DNA of 25,434 bases. Source: a virus. Taxonomy: Duplodnaviria; Caudoviricetes. Below, piece by piece: positions 8,808 through 17,776 of this stretch. Where the stretch lies: positions 1-25,434 of the IMG/VR virus record IMGVR_UViG_3300034375_011041. One strand, given 5' to 3'. A model generated the notes under the pieces. The model was not told the origin of the DNA. It saw nothing but the letters and a program-made list of their open reading frames with translations, and did no database searches. The position numbers and the translations under genes are program-made. The number at the start of each line of letters is the position of its first letter. The first letter of the stretch is position 1.

Positions 8808-9674
8808 TTATCTGTTGAATACACCGGGTTGATTAAACGCTCTGTATATACCAGCTAACGTTCCACCAGCTCCTATTGCTGTTGCAAGTGGGTTTGGACT
8901 AGGTTGATTAACTTGAGTTGTTTGACCTGGGTATCCAGCTATCAAACTTGTAACACCTTGACCATATTGCTGTGCAGCTGTTAACGGTTGTTGTAATTGT
9001 TGTTGAGCTAACTGTTGTTGTGCTCCTAATTGAGCTTGTTGTAAAGCTTGGTTCTGTGCACCAAAAGTAGACAACGCTCCAATATCTTGACCTAAGAATT
9101 GTTGTTGTTGACCAGCTAAATTTAATTGTTGATTACCTAAAGTTTGTTGATTCATAAAAGCTTGTTGTGCTGCATTCTGAGCTTGACCAAAACCTTGCTG
9201 TAATAACTGTGCTTGTAATGCTGCTCGGTTCCTGTCGCTTGTTGCCTGATACTCTGCTCTTTGTACGCCTTCACGACCACCACCAAAAGCACCTGCATTA
9301 ATTGCTTGTGCTGCTAATGCTGGTAGACCTTTTTGTGACTGTACATCATATTCTTTTAATGTCTCACTAATAACATCTTGTTGATAAGGAGACATAAACT
9401 GTTGATAAGCTTGAGGTCCTGTTAACCCACCAGCTGTTGTTTGTGCAGCTGCAGCTTTATTTAAAAAAGGTTGATACGCACCAATACCTTGTGTGGCTAA
9501 TTGTTGAGCTTGTGCTTGTAAAGGATCTTGACCAGCAACAAATTGTTGACCAAATGCTTTAGATAGATCAGCTGTTTTATATCCACCTGTAGCTGTTGCA
9601 AGGTCACCTAAATAAACTTTACCTGCTGCTTCTATAAATTCTGGTGGTAATACTCTTGTTTCTGTTACTGCCAT
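8808..9674 (-). CDS. Gln/Ala-rich ejection (pilot-like) protein
   Basis: 288 aa, Q/A/G-rich, with motifs FMSPYQQDV and AGAFGGGR and a Gly/Ala hydrophobic C-terminus. Confidence 0.65.
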   Translation of the reverse strand: MAVTETRVLPPEFIEAAGKVYLGDLATATGGYKTADLSKAFGQQFVAGQDPLQAQAQQLATQGIGAYQPFLNKAAAAQTTAGGLTGPQAYQQFMSPYQQDVISETLKEYDVQSQKGLPALAAQAINAGAFGGGREGVQRAEYQATSDRNRAALQAQLLQQGFGQAQNAAQQAFMNQQTLGNQQLNLAGQQQQFLGQDIGALSTFGAQNQALQQAQLGAQQQLAQQQLQQPLTAAQQYGQGVTSLIAGYPGQTTQVNQPSPNPLATAIGAGGTLAGIYRAFNQPGVFNR

Positions 9675-10567
9675 TACACTACTCTCTTTTCCATTGTTTT
9701 CATTTGATCATATAACCTTTGGGCACCTTTTTCAATGTTTCCGCCACCCATTCCTCTAACAGCATCTGCTGTCATTACAAATTCGTTTTTACTTAACATA
9801 GCAGGTACGTCATCTGCTTTTTCTTTTATACCAACTGGTACAAATCCACCAGTCTCTCTATAGTCTCGTTCTATAGTACCAGCTTGATTAGTTCTCATAA
9901 TACCTGTAGGCATTAATCCTCCATTAGCTGCCATTGTTTTTTCTACAGCTACTTTTTGTCTACGTTTGTTTTCTAAATATTCTTTATAAAGTTGTTCAGC
10001 ATTTTGTTTTTTATTAAATTCTTCTCTACCTTTTAAATATTCTTGAAAATCTTTATTAGCTCCAGCTTCTAAACCAACTCTACCACCTACAGCATACTCA
10101 GATGTATTGGTTGTAACAAACTCTTCTACTTCTTCAGCAGATGCATCAGGATTTGTTTTACTATAATAATCTCTTAAATAAATTTTTACTTTTTCTGGAT
10201 CTCTTTTAGTTGCTTCTATCTCTTCTGGACTCATACCTGAAGCAGCTAAAATACTTCCTATTGCTCCTAGAGTGTATCCACCGCCAGGGATTTTACCCAT
10301 TAGACTACTTAAAATTCCTTTGGTTGTTCCGAACTTACCTGCTGGTCCAATACCTGCACCACCAAAAAGAGCTCCTCCAATTTTTGATCCAAGTGCTCCA
10401 AGTCCTGAAAAAGGACCCATACCCATTAGACCTGCACCACCAAGACCTATTAAAGCAGCTTTACCAATAGGTGATTTAACAACTTTTTTAACTGTCTTAC
10501 CTATTGATTTAACTAAACTTCCTAGTCCGTATAATTGTCTGGGTTGTTGCATTCTTGATATTGCCAT
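9674..10567 (-). CDS. Internal virion/ejection protein with amphipathic Gly-rich N-terminus
   Basis: 297 aa. Basic amphipathic helix, Gly-rich hydrophobic stretch and C-terminal DDVPAMLSKNEFVMTADAV, a motif also typical of tape-measure C-termini. Confidence 0.6.
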   Translation of the reverse strand: MAISRMQQPRQLYGLGSLVKSIGKTVKKVVKSPIGKAALIGLGGAGLMGMGPFSGLGALGSKIGGALFGGAGIGPAGKFGTTKGILSSLMGKIPGGGYTLGAIGSILAASGMSPEEIEATKRDPEKVKIYLRDYYSKTNPDASAEEVEEFVTTNTSEYAVGGRVGLEAGANKDFQEYLKGREEFNKKQNAEQLYKEYLENKRRQKVAVEKTMAANGGLMPTGIMRTNQAGTIERDYRETGGFVPVGIKEKADDVPAMLSKNEFVMTADAVRGMGGGNIEKGAQRLYDQMKTMEKRVV

Positions 10568-10620
10568 AATTTAAATACATTTATATTGTTGAGCAGGCAT
10601 AGATATCCTGAAAATACTAT

Positions 10621-10649
10621 ACTTTATTTGATTTTTGTATCTTCGTCAA
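10621..10649 (-). promoter_or_regulatory. Putative sigma70 promoter for the ejection-protein genes
   Basis: TTGACG (10649-10644)-N17-TAAAGT (10626-10621), overlapping the end of the GT-A gene. Confidence 0.55.
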
Positions 10650-11523
10650 GCGGTTTGGCATGCTTTGCAGGTCTATGACCTTGGTATAAATCATCATAAA
10701 AACTACCACAGTATTGAAACTCTCCAACATGTGTTATTACATCCATTACGTAGATATGAACCTTACCACCCATTTTACCCCATCTCTCACAAAAACCAAA
10801 ATCTTCACCAAAATAACGCTTAGTCTTAGGGTCATGGATTGTGTCAAATAAGTTATACATATTATCTTTTTTTTCTTCTACACCATTAATGTAAGTGGGT
10901 TGAAATATTTCTAACTCAGGGTATTTTTCAATCATGCTGGTTAATACTTTTCTTTTAATTAACATACATCCTGTAGGAGCGTGAGTTACTTCTATGATAC
11001 CTTTATCAGCTATAATGTTATTTTTATCTTTTACTTTTATTGGGTAAGTAAAGCCAGCTCTTGATAAATCTTGAGCAGAGGTAATTGCATCTTCTTTATT
11101 ATTGACTCTTCTCCATATCTTATCCCAGTCTAACATTTTCATAGGATAAGGACATGCTATAACATCACGATCTGCATCTAACATTTTTTCAATAGTAGAA
11201 AATTGAAAGTCGATATCTGAATCTATGAATAATAAATGAGTATAATTATCAGGATGATTTAACATTTCAGCTACACATAAATTTCTACCTTGTGTAACTA
11301 AAGAAGATTTTAATAATGTAAAACTAACTTGTATTCTTTTTTGCATACACTCTTGTTGAAATTTTAAAACAGCTTGTGTGTAATGCATAGAAGTATCACT
11401 ATGACAAGGAGTACACACCATTATTCTATAATTAGAATGTTTACTAGCTTCTGTTAAATTAATTGTGGTTACTTCTGAATCATCAGGTTTGTTAAACCAT
11501 ATAGGTTTATTGGGATTTTGCAT
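10624..11523 (-). CDS. Glycosyltransferase, GT-A fold (GT2-like)
   Basis: GRN motif, HLLFIDSDI (DxD), TGCMLIKR, GEDFGFC and a C-terminal HVG. Confidence 0.8.
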   Translation of the reverse strand: MQNPNKPIWFNKPDDSEVTTINLTEASKHSNYRIMVCTPCHSDTSMHYTQAVLKFQQECMQKRIQVSFTLLKSSLVTQGRNLCVAEMLNHPDNYTHLLFIDSDIDFQFSTIEKMLDADRDVIACPYPMKMLDWDKIWRRVNNKEDAITSAQDLSRAGFTYPIKVKDKNNIIADKGIIEVTHAPTGCMLIKRKVLTSMIEKYPELEIFQPTYINGVEEKKDNMYNLFDTIHDPKTKRYFGEDFGFCERWGKMGGKVHIYVMDVITHVGEFQYCGSFYDDLYQGHRPAKHAKPLDEDTKIK

Positions 11524-12454
11524 TGATAGCTCCTTTTAAAAAATTGGTCCATCCATTGCCTATTTTATTCCAATTGTAATAAATGTTAACATAATGAGAT
11601 TGTGACTCTATGTGATTATGTATTTGTGGATGATGTAAAGTTTTAGCTGCAGCTTCTATTCCATAAGCAAATTTAGAAGCTAGTCTCATATAATTATCAT
11701 CATAAGGAACATACATTGGAAACTCTGCACCTGTTTCAAATAGTGCACCTAAATTGGTTGTGATACAATATAAACCACCTGCCATACATTCTAATAAAGA
11801 TATACAAGATGTTTCTTCAAATATACTTGGATACACATACATATTATATTTATGTATGTTATCTTTAATATAACTATTAGGTTTGTAACCTATGTAGTTT
11901 ACATTAGGTAATTGTTTTGCTTGTTCATAAAGTTCTTTATAGTTATCATCATTTTTTTCCATGAAATCTTTGCCATATATTTCTGTTGATGAATAAACAT
12001 CTAAAGTAATTAATGGGTTCTTAACTAATTGCATAGCACCAAGTAAAACAGATAATCCTCTCCACGGTGTATTTTGATGAATGATTTTTATAGGGTCACC
12101 TTCTTTGTAAGGTTCAGCTTTTTTAATGTAATCTATACCATTTTTAATAACTACACATTTTTCTAATGGTAATCCAAACATCATTCTAAATTTTTCAAAA
12201 GTCCAATGAGAATTAAAAACATACCAATCATACTTTTTATGATTAGATTTATCTTGAAACCATGGTGCAAGATTCGGTTGATCATATGAATTCTTTTGCC
12301 AAAGTATATTTACTTTAGTTGGATGTAATGGAATTTTTTCAGGTACAGATGTTGTAATCTGAACTTGATCTAATAATTTTTTATCTACGTATTTTTCTAA
12401 ATACTCAAACTGTAATTCTGTTCCACCTTTAGGTGTTTGATTTCTTATTATCAT
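11507..12454 (-). CDS. Glycosyltransferase, GT-B fold (GT4-like)
   Basis: N-terminal GGTE, VFNSHW, IKNG, PWRGL and YPSIFEETSCISLLECMAGG (E-x7-E). Confidence 0.88.
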   Translation of the reverse strand: MIIRNQTPKGGTELQFEYLEKYVDKKLLDQVQITTSVPEKIPLHPTKVNILWQKNSYDQPNLAPWFQDKSNHKKYDWYVFNSHWTFEKFRMMFGLPLEKCVVIKNGIDYIKKAEPYKEGDPIKIIHQNTPWRGLSVLLGAMQLVKNPLITLDVYSSTEIYGKDFMEKNDDNYKELYEQAKQLPNVNYIGYKPNSYIKDNIHKYNMYVYPSIFEETSCISLLECMAGGLYCITTNLGALFETGAEFPMYVPYDDNYMRLASKFAYGIEAAAKTLHHPQIHNHIESQSHYVNIYYNWNKIGNGWTNFLKGAINAKSQ

Positions 12455-12656
12455 TCATGACTTTCTGTAAAATGTTTAGTCCTTTCGGAGATACCTGTAC
12501 TGTTAAATCTTGAGCAATATGCTCTGCGACTGTTTCAGTATTAGGATCTGCTATATCAGCTTCTTTCTCTGCTTCGTCTTTGTATATCTTATTTGTTCTA
12601 GTATTTCTTAATACTACTGTTGTAGTACAATCTATTTTTAAAATATTATCATCCAT
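12429..12656 (-). CDS. Small hypothetical protein
   Basis: 75 aa ORF overlapping both neighbours in the operon. Confidence 0.65.
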   Translation of the reverse strand: MDDNILKIDCTTTVVLRNTRTNKIYKDEAEKEADIADPNTETVAEHIAQDLTVQVSPKGLNILQKVMNDNKKSNT

Positions 12657-12984
12657 TTTGTTGCGACCTATCTATTAAAGCGTAACTCACAGCACCTGTT
12701 ATTTCATTTGCTGTCCCCGCTTGCATCTTTATAACGTCCCCTGCTTCTAAATTCAAGGTATTTTTTAACATGTTAACAGTCTCTTTATTTAAGTCTTCAT
12801 GACCAATAATAACATTACTACCCCCTGATTTTTTTAAAAGTAAATCTATGTCCACTGAACTAGCAGTATCATGCACTGTTTGAACTGTTTTTACAATTGC
12901 TACTGCGGAAGTCGCTACTGTTAATACTGTAGTTAAGTTAGTAGTCGTTAAATCAAATACTTCGCTTTTATATTGTATGGTCAT
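12649..12984 (-). CDS. Small beta-rich virion protein
   Basis: 111 aa, Thr/Val-rich, with an LNLEAGDVIK motif. Downstream of the nozzle gene. Confidence 0.6.
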   Translation of the reverse strand: MTIQYKSEVFDLTTTNLTTVLTVATSAVAIVKTVQTVHDTASSVDIDLLLKKSGGSNVIIGHEDLNKETVNMLKNTLNLEAGDVIKMQAGTANEITGAVSYALIDRSQQNG

Positions 12985-13145
12985 GATAAAAAATAATTAT
13001 ATGTATCTTGCTCTTCTTTCAAGTCATTTTGAAATGAAAAATTAAGTTGATCTTTTACTGTAGCAATAGACTCTAAAATTTGTCTTTGATTGTCTACTTC
13101 ATACTCTTGTTTCGGTTCAGGTATATAGGCAGTTACTTTAGCCAT
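12981..13145 (-). CDS. 54 aa protein missing from the ORF track
   Basis: MAKVTAYIPEPKQEYEVDNQRQILESIATVKDQLNFSFQNDLKEEQDTYNYFLS. It fills the gap exactly, with TAATG and ATGA overlaps at its two ends. Confidence 0.85.
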   Translation of the reverse strand: MAKVTAYIPEPKQEYEVDNQRQILESIATVKDQLNFSFQNDLKEEQDTYNYFLS

Positions 13146-14191
13146 TAAACGCTCCCGCTATAAGGAAAAAAAGGATATGGTCTACTTACATATTTAGACG
13201 ATTCATCAACTAAAGGTTGTTGATCATTTGTGTCTTGCTCTGCATATAAAGCAGAGTTTATCCGTTCTGGTATAAGTGATATTAAATTAGAAGAACTTAC
13301 GTTAGGCACTAAACTAGAAGAATCTACTTCAACCTTTGATGGAGAAATATCTTGAGTAGGATCTGCAAATAGTAATCTATCAAAAGGATTGTTAATAACC
13401 ATAGAAGGATCAGCGCCTTTAGGCATATAAACTTTTTGATCTGCAGGAGCGGTTAAACTAAGTTTATTAAATTCAGACATATCTTTTGGTTTTTTAAAAG
13501 AATCAAAAATATTTTTTACTAATCCAAATATTCCAAGAGGAACTGCATTTCTAGTTTCTCCAAACTCTTCATCTTCAGTAAAATATTCAAGACTACCATC
13601 GGGTCTTTTTCTAGTTTCAAATGTAGGTGTTCCAAATACAGGTAATCCTTTTATACCTCTATAACCTGGCGCACCTCTACTAAATAAATTTCCAAAAAAA
13701 CTTGGTTGACCATAGCTTTTATAAGCTGATCCAATATATTTACTTGTACCATCAGGCATAGTTATAATTTCTGGTAAATTAGAATATTGTCTTGTTCTTG
13801 GACCTGTCTTTGCCGTTTGACCTCTATCTACTTGACCTGTTAAAACTTTTTTACGTTCCGCTTCTTGTCTCACAGCCGCTTCACTATCTCTTCTAGACAT
13901 TTGACTTCTAGCTGCGTCTTGACTTCTATCTCTGGTATAATCTCCTTGGGAGTCTAAAGACATAATCCCTGAAGGACCAGTATTAGGGCCTTTTTTTAAA
14001 GAACCATGTAAATCTTTTTTAATTAATAAATCTTTTTCTTTTTTAGTAATATAAGCTAATTCTGTTGCAGGAGCTTCTGGACTAGATTTCCATTTAACAG
14101 GAACGGTTACAGTTTTTTGTTTACCTAAATAATTTCTTGCTGGTTTTTCATCACCTTGCATTTCATAATTTATTCTTTTATCTATTGCCAT
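13145..14191 (-). CDS. Probable internal virion protein
   Basis: 348 aa coupled to the nozzle gene by TAATG. N-terminal ELAYITKKEKDLL...GPSGIMSL motif, then low-complexity sequence. Confidence 0.5.
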   Translation of the reverse strand: MAIDKRINYEMQGDEKPARNYLGKQKTVTVPVKWKSSPEAPATELAYITKKEKDLLIKKDLHGSLKKGPNTGPSGIMSLDSQGDYTRDRSQDAARSQMSRRDSEAAVRQEAERKKVLTGQVDRGQTAKTGPRTRQYSNLPEIITMPDGTSKYIGSAYKSYGQPSFFGNLFSRGAPGYRGIKGLPVFGTPTFETRKRPDGSLEYFTEDEEFGETRNAVPLGIFGLVKNIFDSFKKPKDMSEFNKLSLTAPADQKVYMPKGADPSMVINNPFDRLLFADPTQDISPSKVEVDSSSLVPNVSSSNLISLIPERINSALYAEQDTNDQQPLVDESSKYVSRPYPFFPYSGSV

Positions 14192-16131
14192 TATCTTCTT
14201 CCGTCTGGTTTTGCATCCAGTCTAAGAGTACCATAACGCCAGGTTTCTCCAACTGCATCATTTTCTATTTTAAGTGCTACTAGTCTTGCCCTTGCACGAG
14301 TATCTACTTTATCAGTAGATGAGCTAACTGTAAAGGGTCCAAGGGGAGAACTTGCAGCTGTGCCATTAGGGTAATCATTTAGAAGTAAAGTAATTTTTGA
14401 GTTTCCTTCTAATACCTGAAAATCAGGTATAAATCTTTTAACTGACATGATATATTCACCATCTCCTCTAAAGTCTGCAACACCTGTTTGAGTTCCTAAA
14501 GCACTTGATCTACTTGCTATATCATAATCACCTGATTGAATAAAAGCATCAATAGAAGTTGTACCAGATGAATTTACTTGATCGGTTCCGGTTTCATGAG
14601 CATAGTAAATAGATGCACCATAGGTTGCTGTTATACCTTGAATTGGAAAGTTAGGTAAAGAGGTCGAATTGTATTCCGTTGCATAAGGCAAATCAAAAAG
14701 TCCTTGATCTATATAACTAGTTCTAGCTAATGATGAGGTAGTCCAAACCCTTTCTGCGTAATTATATACTACACATCTATTAATTTGAGTAGATCCAAAC
14801 TCGGCATAAAACCAATTAATTTCATTATACAATGTGTTGTGTTCTGCATAAACTAATTGATTTGAACTTTGATTAATTCCTAAATTATCCCCTGTTGTGC
14901 TAAATACAAAGTCTTCAACTTCACAAGGAATAGATTTTACAGTACCATCAAACATAAAAAACCCACCTTCCCCTGACATCCAAAACACAATACCATTAGA
15001 ATAACTAAGTGCATTTTGTCCAATCAATCCACAGTTAGTACCAACTTGTCTAACTGAAAAAGTAAATGGTGGTCCAACAAATTGAATTACATATGCTGAT
15101 GTATCTGTTAAAACCAAAGTATAATCTTTACCAGATACAGCTCCAATAATTTCGTTACCTTTATCTAATCTAAACGTCCCTGCAGTATTAGTTGCTGTTG
15201 GTTGATATACGTTAAAATTTTCTTGATCACTAAATCTAATAAACATTGGATCTTGAGTTGTGATATCGCCAATAGTTGTTTCTGTTCCAAAATGAAATAC
15301 ATGTCTATCTCTATCAGATACTTGTGTTAATCTTGTTTTAGTAGGTGCACCTGACATAATGGCTGCTCTGTTTGCTCTAGGGGTTCCGGCACCTGCATTC
15401 CAAGTGAATGTTTTACCATTGTGAATAGTTGCAACAAGTATTTGACCAAAATTATCTAAAGACCATAAACCTGGATCTAAAATTACATTACTAGTTGCAC
15501 TTGCAGTTCCCCATGTGCTTGAGCCCCATGTATCTGTACCCCAACCTAAACCTGCAGTTTGAAAAGTAGGACCAACAATTTCATAAGGATCAATTGTTGC
15601 TGATCCAGTCGCTGATGTTGAACCTGCAGAATTTGTAGGCATTGTAATTTGAAAAGTATTATCTGTTTTGTTTAATACTTCAAAAGTATTATCTGTAAAA
15701 TCACTTATTGCATAACCTGAGCCAGATGGGACGGTAACAGATGAAAATGTTACATATCTTCCATCTAATAAACCATGAGCAGTTTTGTTAACTGTAACTG
15801 TTGAAGATCCTGACGTTGCATCAAAGGTAGCTCCAGTAATGGCTGTAGCTAAAGGACTAATGTCAAAAAATTCTCCACTGTAATATAAAAATAAACCTTG
15901 TGAGGTTCCTATAGCTACATATTTTTCACCATTTATAGCAGCAAACGCATGTTGCGCTCTTGCTACACCTGGTAATGTATTATTAGAATTAGTAAGTTGT
16001 GACCAACCCCCTATTTTTTCAGGTAGTCCATATCTAAATCTAACAAAATCGCCATCGATCCATCGACTTTCGGCCCCTGATTCTGTAACCATTTTGTCAA
16101 AACCGGGCTTGAAATTTAATTTTTGTAGCAT
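14191..16131 (-). CDS. Tail nozzle / tail tubular protein (P22 gp10 or T7 gp12 analogue)
   Basis: 646 aa, beta-rich, with IRFSDQE, VGTNCGLIG, FWMS and EINWFY propeller-type motifs. Size and position fit a podoviral nozzle. Confidence 0.7.
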   Translation of the reverse strand: MLQKLNFKPGFDKMVTESGAESRWIDGDFVRFRYGLPEKIGGWSQLTNSNNTLPGVARAQHAFAAINGEKYVAIGTSQGLFLYYSGEFFDISPLATAITGATFDATSGSSTVTVNKTAHGLLDGRYVTFSSVTVPSGSGYAISDFTDNTFEVLNKTDNTFQITMPTNSAGSTSATGSATIDPYEIVGPTFQTAGLGWGTDTWGSSTWGTASATSNVILDPGLWSLDNFGQILVATIHNGKTFTWNAGAGTPRANRAAIMSGAPTKTRLTQVSDRDRHVFHFGTETTIGDITTQDPMFIRFSDQENFNVYQPTATNTAGTFRLDKGNEIIGAVSGKDYTLVLTDTSAYVIQFVGPPFTFSVRQVGTNCGLIGQNALSYSNGIVFWMSGEGGFFMFDGTVKSIPCEVEDFVFSTTGDNLGINQSSNQLVYAEHNTLYNEINWFYAEFGSTQINRCVVYNYAERVWTTSSLARTSYIDQGLFDLPYATEYNSTSLPNFPIQGITATYGASIYYAHETGTDQVNSSGTTSIDAFIQSGDYDIASRSSALGTQTGVADFRGDGEYIMSVKRFIPDFQVLEGNSKITLLLNDYPNGTAASSPLGPFTVSSSTDKVDTRARARLVALKIENDAVGETWRYGTLRLDAKPDGRR

Positions 16132-16136
16132 ATAGT
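16109..16136 (+). promoter_or_regulatory. Putative promoter for the oxygenase array
   Basis: TTGAAA (16109-16114)-N16-TATAGT (16131-16136), overlapping the start of the nozzle gene. Confidence 0.4.
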
Positions 16137-16138
16137 GG

Positions 16139-16159
16139 TTTATATATTAAATATATAAA
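16139..16159. repeat. 21-bp AT-only inverted repeat in the divergent gap
   Basis: TTTATATATT-A-AATATATAAA, with 10-bp arms around one base. Confidence 0.6.
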
Positions 16160-16161
16160 GA

Positions 16162-16710
16162 ATGAAAGATGTAATTATTAAACCTGCAGTTAACGCCTTA
16201 AATCTTAAAATAATTGATGATTTTTTTAGTGATAGTGAATACAATATTTTAGTAAATAATTTAAATAAAATAAGTTATTCTCCAAATACTAATGAATTTG
16301 GTTTATATGGTTTATCTCATGAGTTTAAGCAAAATAAAGAAAACAAATGGATTTTTGACAAAATTAAAAATTGTTTTTTTCCAAACAACAATAAATTAGA
16401 AGTTCTTTCTGCAGGCTTTCAAATGAGAGATAATAAAAATAATTTAAGTCCTCACGTAGATGAGGATACTACTTGTGCTAAAGGAATTTACAAAAACAAA
16501 TTTAATTGTTTAATATATCTTAAAGGTAAAGAAATTACGTATAATGGAACTGGTTTTTATCATAAAGGAAATTTAAATACATATATTGGTTTTGTAGAGA
16601 ACAGAGCTATTTTTTTTAATGGATGTGATATTTACCATACTTGTTTACAAGGTTTAGGGGAAAGTAGTGCCCGATATACTTTAGGTATATTTTATGGAGT
16701 AAAAAAATAA
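16162..16710 (+). CDS. 2OG-Fe(II) oxygenase 1
   Basis: IIDDFF, PHVD (HxD), GTGFY, ENRAIFF, distal H and RYT. Confidence 0.8.
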   Translation: MKDVIIKPAVNALNLKIIDDFFSDSEYNILVNNLNKISYSPNTNEFGLYGLSHEFKQNKENKWIFDKIKNCFFPNNNKLEVLSAGFQMRDNKNNLSPHVDEDTTCAKGIYKNKFNCLIYLKGKEITYNGTGFYHKGNLNTYIGFVENRAIFFNGCDIYHTCLQGLGESSARYTLGIFYGVKK

Positions 16711-17255
16711 TGGATCATACAGATTTTATTGTTGAATTAAAAAATATTATTTCCCCTGAATTTATAGATAAAATTATACCTTTGATAAATAAAAAATCTA
16801 AAAAAAAATTAAGTGTGAAAAGTGGAGTATGTACTGACATAAGAAATGTAAATGGATATCATTTAAATTTTAATACTCCTACAAACCTTTTTTATTGGAA
16901 TTATATTAAAACTGAAATAGAAAGATTATATTTTCATTACAAATCTAAATTTCCAAAAATGGATAGTAGTATTGTTAATCAAATAGACTTATTAAAATAT
17001 TACCCTGGTGGAAAATATGAAATTCACACTGATCATTATAGTAACTCACTTAGATATTTAAGTGTAATTATGAATCTTAACGATGAATATAAAGGTGGAG
17101 ATTTAATTTTTACAGATCAAAAAGATCAAGAAATTAAAAGAATAAAACTTTGTAAAGGATCAATAGTTTTTTTTCCTAGTAATTTTATGTATCCACATAG
17201 TATTCAACCTATAACAAAAGGAACTAGATATAGTATAGTATCATGGCTGCAGTAA
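16710..17255 (+). CDS. 2OG-Fe(II) oxygenase 2, prolyl-4-hydroxylase-like
   Basis: LLKY..GGKY, HTD, LNDEYKGGDL, FPSNFMYPH and GTRYSIVSW. Confidence 0.9.
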   Translation: MDHTDFIVELKNIISPEFIDKIIPLINKKSKKKLSVKSGVCTDIRNVNGYHLNFNTPTNLFYWNYIKTEIERLYFHYKSKFPKMDSSIVNQIDLLKYYPGGKYEIHTDHYSNSLRYLSVIMNLNDEYKGGDLIFTDQKDQEIKRIKLCKGSIVFFPSNFMYPHSIQPITKGTRYSIVSWLQ

Positions 17256-17776
17256 ATTATAAATTAATAAAAAATTTTTTTAATAAAGATGAATTAAAAG
17301 TTTATCAAAAATACTGTTATAATAAAGTGGATCAAAATAAAGATTATCAAATTGATAATCAGTCTTTTTCACCTGCGTGGTACCATGATCCTTTAATGAC
17401 TGCTTTGTTAGATACAAAATTACCTTTAGTAGAAAAAGAAAGTAACTTAAAACTATTTCCTACTTACGCTTATTGGAGATATTATGTTTTTGGTGCCACT
17501 TTAAAAAAACATACCGACAGGCCATCATGTGAAATATCTGTTACAGCCTGTGTAAAAAAATATGATAACTGGCCTATTATAGTTGAAGGAACATCATTTG
17601 AGTTAAAAGAAGGTGATGCAGTTTTATATGCAGGTTGTGATCAAAAACACGGAAGACCGGGTATTTATAAAGGAGAGGGTATAGCTCAAGTTTTTTTTCA
17701 CTATGTAAATCAACACGGTCCATTTACTCATCACAAGTATGATTCTTATTTTAAAGATACAGGCAAAAAAAAATGA
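17243..17776 (+). CDS. 2OG-Fe(II) oxygenase 3
   Basis: PTYAYWRYY, LKKHTDRPSCEISVT, GDAVLY, HGR and QVFFHY. Confidence 0.8.
   Translation: MAAVNYKLIKNFFNKDELKVYQKYCYNKVDQNKDYQIDNQSFSPAWYHDPLMTALLDTKLPLVEKESNLKLFPTYAYWRYYVFGATLKKHTDRPSCEISVTACVKKYDNWPIIVEGTSFELKEGDAVLYAGCDQKHGRPGIYKGEGIAQVFFHYVNQHGPFTHHKYDSYFKDTGKKK

Noticed and set aside
8807-8824. Track start at 8824 for the repeat protein
   Set aside because: It is a GTG inside the upstream gene. The ATG at 8806 just after the upstream stop is more plausible.
10594-10610. CAGG...CCTG hairpin as a terminator
   Set aside because: The stem is only 4 bp plus weak pairs and has no U-tract on the coding strand. It is too weak to call.
16792-16810. 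Poly-A runs in the oxygenase genes as phase-variation or frameshift sites
   Set aside because: All frames are intact, and such runs are expected in Lys-rich genes at this AT content.
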